NCBI GenBank assembly: GCA_021613535.1
Contig: CP075495.1
Span: 3,224,001 to 3,288,000, forward strand
DNA: 64,000 bases
From: Adineta vaga
Taxonomy: Eukaryota; Animalia; Rotifera
Direction of reading: 5' to 3'
Every line of letters begins with the position of its first letter. Positions within the stretch are counted from its first letter, which is position 1. The notes beneath the pieces were generated by a model. That model saw nothing but the letters and a program-made list of their open reading frames with translations, ran no database searches and was not told where the DNA came from. Both the position numbers and the translations under genes were made by a program. Below, piece by piece: positions 53,984 to 64,000 of the stretch.

Positions 53984-56336
53984 CTATCTGGGTGATGTTA
54001 CTGCTGGAGATGATGGAGATGGTATTGTATTCGATATTGTCATATCATCAGGTAATTGACTCGTTATCCATGTTAATCCTAATAGAAAGTAATTGAAATG
54101 ATTTCGATGAGATTGAAATGAATGTTAGTTACCCCATTTCAAATTAGTTAACATATATTTCAATGCTTTTGTCCACTGTTCTTCTGAGCTCACTTGACAT
54201 CTAAATCAAACGATTGAATTTCTTTTTATTTCAACATGATCTTCATTTACCTGACACTGAATGGATAACCATTACTATCTGTAATAATACCATTGCCTTT
54301 TTCAGTCATTTTATATGGTAAACAAAAACGTTGATTTTTTGATTCAATTGTTAATTTGAACTAAAATGGAAAAAGAAGAAATGAATATAACGGTTCTTCA
54401 ATTCAATAATAGACAACATACTTGATTAACACAGTCCAAAAATGCAACCAATGCTTTATCAAATCTAAATTTACCAGTAGAAATCATTCATTTTCAAAAA
54501 CGATACTAAAGAAATAAAAACGAAAGTTACTTACTGAGTATCCCAAGTAAAATGTCGTCGAGCAGTATAAAGTGGTAATTGTGCATATTTACCATTCTTA
54601 TATTCATTAGTATCTTCAATATAGGAATAACTTCCTAACGGAACAATTCGATATCTATATACAACAATGAAATAGTTGTTAAGTTCATTGATGAAATGAT
54701 GATTTTACTTGTGAAATTGTAGATCAATTCGTTTAGCTAAAGAATTCAATAATAAAGCAGCTTGACCAAGACCAGCATTGATTTCTGACCATTCAACCTG
54801 CATAGAATTTACATTTAAGATAATGAAAAACATGTTTAGCAGATTCTACCGTAATACTTGGTAAACGACCAAGACGAAAACCATTGATAGTACCAAAATG
54901 TTCTTGATGCCTATTAAAATGAAGATGAAATTAAGAAGAAGAAGAAGAATATTTCATCACACTAACCATATATGAAATGCAGCATTAAACGCATTTGTTT
55001 TACTTAATTTATCATATTGAGCACGAGCATGTTTAGTTTGATTATCAATACTAAAAAAACAAATTTACAGAATTAGAAAATAAAAACCAATTCTTTTGAA
55101 AATAATTACCTTTTCTGTTCATCTTCAGCTTCATATAATAAACGCTTCTGTTCATTATAATCCTTTAAAAATCTAAAGAAAACATTTGATTTTACTTTCT
55201 ATCATTACATATTTTCGTTGAAAATAAAGTCGATATTCATTACCTTGTTTCTTCTGCTTCTAATACATGTTCTTCTTTAGTTAATTTTTCGGATTCTTCT
55301 TGTGTTCGTTCACTTTCTTTTTCTAATGTTGCTAATTCTTCTTTCAATCGTTTTTCTTCTTCATCTAACTAAAATATTCCAATGATAAACAAAGTTCTTT
55401 TCATTTCAGTCGAGTTCTTTTTTTTACATCAAATAAATCTTGTTTTAATTTTTCGTAATCATCTTGTTGAACATTCGTTGTAGAACTGAGTTGTTCAAGT
55501 AACTTTCTATGAAAGAATTCAATTTTTAAAAGAAAAACAAAAACTTTGTTCATCAATGATTTTTACTGATAACTTTGTAATTCATGGGATGCCATTTGTA
55601 AATCAACGTCTAATTTATCCAGAAGTGTATCAGTACATTCCTATAAAATGATTTCTATTTACATGAAAAAGAATTATAATTTTAAAATCTTTTCCTACTT
55701 GACAGAGGGGATGATCAAATGTATATTGTTCCGAAAGAAAATCATAGAATTTCTCATGTATCTATTGTTGAGAAACAAAATTCAATGTGAAAATTAAGAA
55801 AATTTATATGTATGAACTTTACATTGATATCATTTCGATATTCACGCATGGATTTTTGTTCCGAATCTTTGTTTAGATCGTGAGCAACAAATGCAAAACT
55901 ATTTGTACTATCAAGACTACTTTGTGATCTAAGAATAGAAAAACGATAAAGAAATCGAAGTAAAACTCATTTTGAGTTCATTATTAAACTTACAAGCGTT
56001 TACGACCTAATGTTTTACGAATAACAATAGTACCATCAGACTAAATACAAAAATAGGTGTATATATATATGTAAAACAACATTCGAAAGGTTATACATAC
56101 GCCAGCTTGTTGTAATTCATTGTATGATTCATCACACATGGTCGTACTGGATGCTAAAATATGATAAATATATTAATTATTCGAAATTGAATATTGAGTT
56201 TTCTTTCGTTACCAATTGGTTTCGTGATTTGATCATCGATTGTTTCTAATGAAGAATCTTGTTGAAGAAAATTTCCACATACTTGACAAGCAAATTGTGG
56301 TAAAGGAGATTTTGTAGCTGGAATTGTTGTCGTCAT
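53984..56336 (-). CDS. BECN1: Beclin-1/Atg6, 17 exons
   Basis: FACQVC, DHPLCQECTDTLL, coiled coil, [36 protein letters not shown] and [19 protein letters not shown]. All introns splice in phase. Confidence 0.97.
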
Positions 56337-56933
56337 TTTAGTATCTAGAGGAAATGTTTATTAGTAAATTTCTGTCTTTTTTGTACGAAATTCATATTTT
56401 AGTCGAATAATTATCTCGTGCTTGCTCGGGCACACACACATGAATCATAGAAGAAAAGGAAACGTGCCAATAAAAATCAAGCGAAAGTTGTCACTAGATA
56501 CTCGATCATTCAGTAGCAAGTAACATATATGAAATAAATATATAATTCCGTATAATTCGTTTTTCTACAGGAAACTTTCAATAGTTCCATATCATTTAAT
56601 GTTATTCATTTAAGAAAAATGAAGATCGAAATTTCTTAGATTGTTTTGTTATTACATCTAATGAACATTTACAAGATTATTTGATTAGTTTCATCTTGAA
56701 AATTCATATGAATGATCATAGATATTATTTTATATCGCTTAATACCGGAAAAATCTCTAGTCAATTCTCATTAAAAAAAAGTGAAATTAGCATCTTCATG
56801 GATAATATCAAATCATTTTAATGAAACAACATCAACAGAATCATAAATAGGAAATAAGAAGAAAACACGATAATCATACAAAAAAAAGATTGTCATTTAG
56901 AAGTCGATTTTGGAAAAAAATGAACTATATTTT

Positions 56934-59900
56934 CTATTGACCATCGGAAACATTAGGTGCATAACGATATCTTTGTTTCTTGGAATCGACATGTTTATTT
57001 TGAATAGATAAATAAAATTGTTGTAATTCATCGAAATTAATCATTTTTCTCGAATCATTAGTTGTTTCTGTTCCATTTGTAGCGATTTTTAAACTAAGAA
57101 AAACAAACAAACAATGATAATGAAAATAAATAGGAAATTCATTATACTTAGCGACACGTTTGTCTATGGAAGTGAATTTGTCAATAAAATTTGGTACACA
57201 TTCTAAACGTCTTCGAAGGATATGAAAAGCATCGGTTTTACCGGGTAATAACATTAATAAACCACATAATGCACGAATTAATGTTTGATTATTCTCAACA
57301 TCTAACAGTGCTAAACGAAGATCTAAATATATAAAAGAAAATGTTTTGTCACAAAAATCTAATTCAATTAAATTTACATGTAAAAATTGGTGATTCAATC
57401 AATTGAACAAGTTTATCAATTTCAATTAAAAAATCGACAGTTACTTCAATTTCCGCACTAGAACGAAAGAGAGAGAACGCATGAAATTTTGCATCTAAAA
57501 TCAATCAATCATTTACAATAATTGCACAAGTCGACAAGCATGATCATAATTTTGTGATAAGAAACATAATGCTACTAATGCAATAGGATTATGGCACCAT
57601 GTTTTATAAAGACAAACAAATAAATCAGCACTTTCAGTTGATTGTAAATTTTTTAATTTTATTCGTAAATCATGTAATTCAGTCGATGTTAATAATATCG
57701 AACTGAGTATTTTAACCATAATTGAAGCGAAATTTGAATCAGGTTCATTAGCTAAAGTTTCCGATAATGTTTTATAAATATCTTCCGGTGATAAAAGCAT
57801 ACATAATTGTCTAAATAAAGGACGATTCATTCGAGAAAAACTGACAAGAAGAATTCATCAAACAAATCTATTGATATCTCTAATTTGATTCTTAAAATTT
57901 AGCATAGCTGTTCTCCAATCTAATGACTCTGATGGTTATCCTACGGATGATGGTCAATTTTGATTCTGAATGTTATATTTACGAACCTAATGATAAATGA
58001 ACCTCGAGCTTCTAATAATGGTCGATCTGTACGAAATAAATCCATTAATACAATAATAAATTTTGTAAAATAATCATTATAATTTCTATCGGTATTTATT
58101 CGATTTGATGTTGATATTAATGCAAAAACTTGTAGAACTAAAAGTACAGCCTAAAAACAAAACGTAAATGTTTACAAATTGATCATTTAATCGTAAAGAA
58201 AAATGAAATCAAGTATTTGTTTTTTTTTGAATGAGCGGCGAGAATAATACAAGCAGATCTAAACCATTGAATCATTGACAAACCCAAATGAAGGCACAAA
58301 GTTGAATCAATGGGATTTTGTTCTCTACTACTTGCTTACTTCTGTTGTATATTGATGTTGCTGTTTATTAGATTTTCTTCTCGATAATAATGGTGAATGT
58401 GTAGAAGTGACTACGGTTGGAGACTATGTGCAAAGAAGGAATGATATGAACTTCGCTAATGAAGAAGAAATAGCTTTTATCAATGAATTGATTGTATCAA
58501 TTAGAAACATGCGAATCATTAGGAATCAAAAAGTTACCTTAATAGGATAATTGTTCGTCTGGAAAAAAGACTCACTTAGTTGGTTTCGAGAAGCATAAAA
58601 CTATCTTCGTTTTCTTTTTATTTACCTCATCGGATGAATCATTTAATACACGAAATAAGGTTGGAAATAAAACATCAATATGTGCAACCATCTAGAAAAT
58701 AGATTGTTATATAGATTGTTTGAAAACCTCCAAAATGAACATTACTTTATCTTGAAGACATTCAAATAGATGATGAATCCATCCTAATGCAATAATACGT
58801 GAAGGTGAAGCACCTGATTGAATTTGATTTTTAAGTACTTCAACCATTTTTGTAATTGTTAAATCTGGTACACTGAAAAAGAGTTTTTTAAAAGTTTATG
58901 ATCGAATTAGTGAAGTTTTTTTCTTCAGAACGAACCTTGATGCAGTATTATTGTCAATACTTTTTGTATTTTCATTTTTAATCAATTGACGAAGAATAGA
59001 ATTGATCTCTTTGGCCGTCTCTCGAATGTGTGTTGAAGATGGTTAAGGAAAAAAGACTGTTTTGTTTTTCAAAGAAAGAAAGAAAGAAAGAAAACAAATG
59101 CAAAAGAAAAGGATATTTTGTCGGCCATCATCATCATATGAAAAACATGGAAGTACAGCTGATAACAATCCAGCAGAATGTGGTAGAAGTACTTGATGAT
59201 ATTTTGGCATATTAAGAAATTCTCGTAACCAATACAATCCAGTATATTGAATCAATTCGTCTAAAAAGAACAAGAATATGATTAACATTTTGATTTGAAT
59301 AAAGTTATCTCTTCTCGGGTTTTTTTTTCTTTCTAAAAGAATATCAGAAGCTTATTAAATAAGGATACTTTCTAAAGAAGAAGTGATTGAAATGTTTTAT
59401 ACTAATAAAGCATTAATTATTAAAAAAATAACAAATAAAGACTAGGAATATGAAGAAGATCAATTTTTTGTTTTTACCATCTGGTTGGATCATTGAAAAA
59501 AGTGGTACAGTTCCTCCTAGGGAATATTTAACTCAACTTTATTAATCATACGTCTTATATTTCATTTAATCGATAGGAGATGATTTGATTTGAATAGAGA
59601 ATTACCTGATGATTGACAATTTTGTATTAAAATTCGAGTCATATCTTCAAACATATCCGGTTGAACTTGAGAGGATTTTAAAATGGTTAAAAATTCACTA
59701 AATAATATTTCACATCTGAACAAAAATAACAAATGAAAATCAATGTAGATGTCAATTGAATAGTAAAACATTACGATTTACGAATTTCAGGATTTGGATC
59801 ACCTAAAATATGAAATAATCCATCCATAATTTCAGGTAAATATTGCACCATATCAAATTCCGGTACAGATGTAAGTAGAGATACCTAAATCGAAAAATAT

Positions 59901-60764
59901 GTAATAAAAATAAAGTAATTCATTTCAACTTTATTCATACCCAAGAAACGATGAATTGTCGTGTAAATGCATTTCGAACATAGATTCTTTCGCGAAGAAG
60001 TGGAATAAATGCAATAACTTCAAATTGTGTACAAGTTTCAATAACAATATCTTTTAATAAACGATCACTTGAATTGAAAAATCGAATATGATTTTAATTT
60101 TCAAAAGAAAAAATTTTCGTCAACCTACCAGAGTTCAGCACCACTTTTTACAGTTGGTTCAAGATCGCATACAAGCTAAAATCATATACATCAACTATCT
60201 TGAAAATGACAAAGTTGATTCCATTTACTTTTGATAGACAATCAAATATTTCATTGAAATAAGAAAGTGTCACTGTTCGGAGTACTTTTGCTATGTTATA
60301 TAATGATTCACACGCATAATATCGAACTTTTGGGTCATTATCGAGAAAACATTGTAACACTGGTGGTACAAGATATTGTCGAAATCTTTGTGCTTCCTAA
60401 ATGAGAGAATATTCGAAATTAATTTGTTCACTATCTCTATCAACAACTTACTTTTCCGCAAGCAATTGCTAATGCTGCAATACCAATTAATCCTCCACGA
60501 CGAAAATTTCCATTCTGTGATAAAACAAAATGTTCACTTAAGATTTTACAAATTCGTTCGATTTGTTCATAATTTTGAGTAGCAACTAATTCTCGTACCA
60601 TTCTGAATAGGAAAAACATTGATTTATCGTAACAAAATTCACATATGATATCTTGTTTCTCACTTTTCAATTTCCAATGCTGCTGTTTTACGTTTTTCAT
60701 ATAATTTATCCGTTAGTGTTTTCACTAATGTTGCTGATAATGGTAAATAATCTCGATCACTCAT
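56934..60764 (-). CDS. VAC14: VAC14, HEAT-repeat scaffold of the PIKfyve/FIG4 complex
   Basis: [73 protein letters not shown] and LCGLLMLLP. Confidence 0.97.
59030..59116 (-). other. U12-type (minor spliceosome) AT-AC intron in VAC14
   Basis: 5' site ATATCCTT, branch site TTCCTTAAC at 59050-59042, terminal AC. Removal restores the frame (DGRQ-N-IRETAK). Confidence 0.93.
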
Positions 60765-61189
60765 TTTTCTATTCTCTATTTCAATCTACAATATACAAAC
60801 GAAAAGAAATAATCATAATCAAGTTAGTTTTTTTATTTCACACGCCGTTGTTTTATTGAGATACACACAAACGTACATCGATAGGAAAGAGAGAGAGATC
60901 GAGAGCGAAAACAAAAGAAAAAGAAAAACAAAACAAAATCGAGCAAATACAAGAGATAATGAAAAAACAAATTGAAACATTTTTTTCTTTTTCTTGACAA
61001 TGAAATAGTCATTTTCGAAGAAATGCATCATTGTTTATTATTTCTCCAAGAAAAATCTATTTCTGACAAATAGCCCTGAAGAGAACAAAAAATCAAACAC
61101 AAAAAACTAATCTACTATCTCACGAGATATTATATAGAATAGAACATTGAAGATACAATATTTTGTTTTCAAATTATTATTATTGACAA

Positions 61190-63614
61190 TCATCGAACTA
61201 TGGCAGTTTGTTGTTGTTGATGTTTAGCATTTGACATATTCTTGTCCAAAAGATGTGAATGCATTGTTATCACATGTTTAGAAAAACGACTTCGACCCTC
61301 GAGAATATCACCACAAATTTTACAACGAACTCGAACATGTTCATCATTAGGAGGAGACTAAAATAATCACCAAACATATCCAATATTTTCGCTTTTTTCA
61401 AATTTTTTGAAGAAAAAATCAAGACAATATTACCTGTTGACCATTTGACTTTCTTGCACCATTACCATTTACAGACGTTTTCGAATGCGTTTTATTCGGC
61501 GACGGCATTACTTTTCGAACAGATGGCGGTGAACGACATATAATAATTTCTTCATCATTTATTTTTCCTTTCGATTTTATATTTTCAATATTATTCAATG
61601 ATAATGTTGATTGTTGATCATTATCTAATATTTGTAAATATTCAATTGATTCACTTGATGGTTGTCGTTGTTTACTTGGACGTTGTTTATTTGGTTGTTC
61701 GAATTTTATCGGTATGACATCAGTATCATCATCCTCATCATCGCCATTTTCTTGTTCAATGTCATTTTCATCTGCATCATCGTCATCAATACGAATGACT
61801 TTAGATTTGGATTTCGTTGGTGTAAGTTTGTGTTCACGTGATCGACGACGTTTTTGTGAAGATTTTTCTAATGATATAACAATTGACGGTGATAGACGCC
61901 GTCTGGATGTACGTTGAGAAGATGTACTTGTTTGCGTACTAAATTTGCTGATGATCGAGTCGATGTGGAAGAATTACTAGATATGGATGATGAACGAGCT
62001 AAAATAACGAAATCATCAATTTCAAAAATGTCAATAGTGTTTGTTTGTGTGTGTAATCGAGAATACGAGCTGCAGAAGGAATTCAAGAACGTTTAATCGA
62101 ATTTTCTTTCATGAATATGTTACACAAACTTGTGAAACGGCCAAATATATTAGCGAAATTTTACTTACTATAATTATCTTTCGGTAGTATTCTTCGTGGT
62201 ACAGATGATGCAGTTGAACCAGTAACAGGACTTGTCGATTGATCAACAGAAGCAGATTTTGCTTCATTTGTCTAAATGATATAAAAGACTACTAAGAATA
62301 AACTATATACAAAGATTGTTACACCTTCGTTATAGGCTCCACTGGTTGTTTTCCAACAGTGACTTTATTATTTGAACTTATCCGATTTGTGACAGGTTTT
62401 TTCTTATTTTGTGGCGATGATGATTCATCGGGTTGTTTAATACTTTTTCGTTTTTGACGTCCATTGACTAACTCATTAGATACATTCGGATCATTGATCG
62501 ATGATGAACCATTTGAATGAATATGATTTATTGGAGATACAATGGAACCTTGAGCAAATGGATTTCCTTTCGGTATGATAGGAATTGTATATGAATATGT
62601 TTTAATTAATTCACTATAAGATGAAAGATATTGCAAACATAAATTAGCACATGTTCGATTCAAATGTTGACATCGTGGATGTATCTGTTGATTCTGTTTC
62701 GTTTTAGTTTCACGATATTTTCCAGCTAATTGTTTATTAACAAGTCCAAATTGTGAAGCTTGTTTAGCTAATGATAATTTCATTGATTCTATTTCATCAT
62801 CATCATTATCATCATCCTGTACTGTTCTCAAATCATATTCAACTTGATTCATCATATCGGAAAGAATATTTTGACAAATTTTATATTCATATTGTTCATG
62901 TTGATCTAATACATGATAATGTAATGTACGTGAACATGGAAATGATATAGAGCAAAATTGACATTGATATAATTTCGAAGAAAAACAACCTAGCGGTAAA
63001 CGTTGTTGTTCACAAGCAACTTTTGCCATTAAAGGAAATTGCTTTGATGAAAATGCCAGAACGAGATAAGATGATATATAACTATAATTTGGTACTAATG
63101 TTTGATTTGATTTTAATTTGTTTTGTGCCGTTGAATGTCGCCGTTGTTGATGTGTTTTCAATGATCGATGTGAACGAAATGTAATATTACAAATTGCACA
63201 AAGAATCGATTGATTCGGATGATGCATACTTATATGATGATTAAGTCCGTATTCACTTGCAAAGACTTTCGAACATGTATTACATTCGTGACATAATGCT
63301 TGATAATCGTCAATATCGTCGTCGTCGTCTTCAAGTAATTCAATTAAATTTGGTGTCGACTAAAAATATAGATATTTGTTTTTTTTAGAAATATTCAAAT
63401 GGCGCGAAAGAATTCGCTATGTTTTGTTTTTTACTTGTAATAATCGATGACGACTTTCTACCGAAGACGATTGATTTTCGTTAAATGATAAAAATCGATT
63501 CAATATTGTGGATGATGAAGCTGCTGCTGCTGCTACTGCTGCTGCTTGACGTTTTCTTGTTAAACGTTCGTGGTCAATGGACGAAGTTGATGTTGAACGT
63601 AAAGTGAAACTCAT
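61190..63614 (-). CDS. Multi-C2H2 zinc-finger protein
   Basis: CNTC..HISMHH, CAIC..HQQRRH, CQFC..HVLDQH and C-terminal CKIC..HVITMH fingers, joined by GT-AG introns. Confidence 0.85.
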
Positions 63615-64000
63615 GTTGATAAAAATATTGATGATGATCGAGCATTTGAAAATGAGCAAAAACAGAAGAAAAAATTGAAGGATGAAAGTTCAAGGACAAT
63701 CTTGAATCTTAATGTCCCTTAACCAATGAACATTTTCATTGAATTATTAATAATATTATAAATACAATCTGTAAAATAAATGGAGTTTACATTTGAAACA
63801 AAAGAAAAAAGTACGATCTAATACGTCTGTCAAGTGTTTAGATAAGAGACGTCTTGTTCAGTATAAAACTTCTTCTTTTTCTTCTTTAGGCTTGATGACG
63901 ACATCTGCCGTCGACCTGGGATATTAAAGTTAAGATATTTGAAAGCAAGAAATATAAAAGTTTAATATTAGCATATAGCGCACAAAGAAAAGATGCATTA

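Noticed and set aside
1-64000. Horizontally transferred genes, telomeric repeats, tRNA/rRNA, SL RNA gene, CRISPR arrays
   Set aside because: All recognised genes are ordinary metazoan or eukaryotic families. Intronless TYW3 looks eukaryotic. No such arrays or RNA genes were seen, though a computational scan could find what I missed.

Overview
This is an AT-rich, gene-dense eukaryotic nuclear window with very short (mostly ~50-65 nt) spliceosomal introns. Composition, intron size and gene repertoire suggest a small lophotrochozoan animal, most likely a bdelloid rotifer; that assignment is inference. I reconstructed ~28 protein-coding genes by hand-splicing: Cu/Zn SOD plus an adjacent ligand-less SOD-fold paralog, FUNDC, TYW3, two class A GPCRs, a single-OB POT1-like gene, FLCN, TMEM168, an NR1J-like receptor, SSR2, a divergent Cys-loop receptor, TBATA, a claudin-like protein, TRMU, PUF60, XRCC1, a BTB protein, NR2E3, CFAP299, ALYREF, PRUNE, MRPL41, BECN1, VAC14, a C2H2 zinc-finger gene and three unknowns. 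Main observations: (1) runs of closely spaced co-oriented genes, with about half of all genes carrying a poly-Y AG|AT acceptor just upstream of the ATG, suggesting SL trans-splicing and possible operons; (2) a U12 AT-AC intron and three candidate in-frame microexons in VAC14; (3) a structured intronic element in MRPL41 antisense to 28S rRNA helix 69; (4) the SOD1/pseudo-SOD pair; (5) an acidic repeat expansion in XRCC1; (6) six 1-2 nt reading-frame or splice lesions in conserved genes, most likely assembly errors. No transposon, tRNA, rRNA or CRISPR array was recognised.
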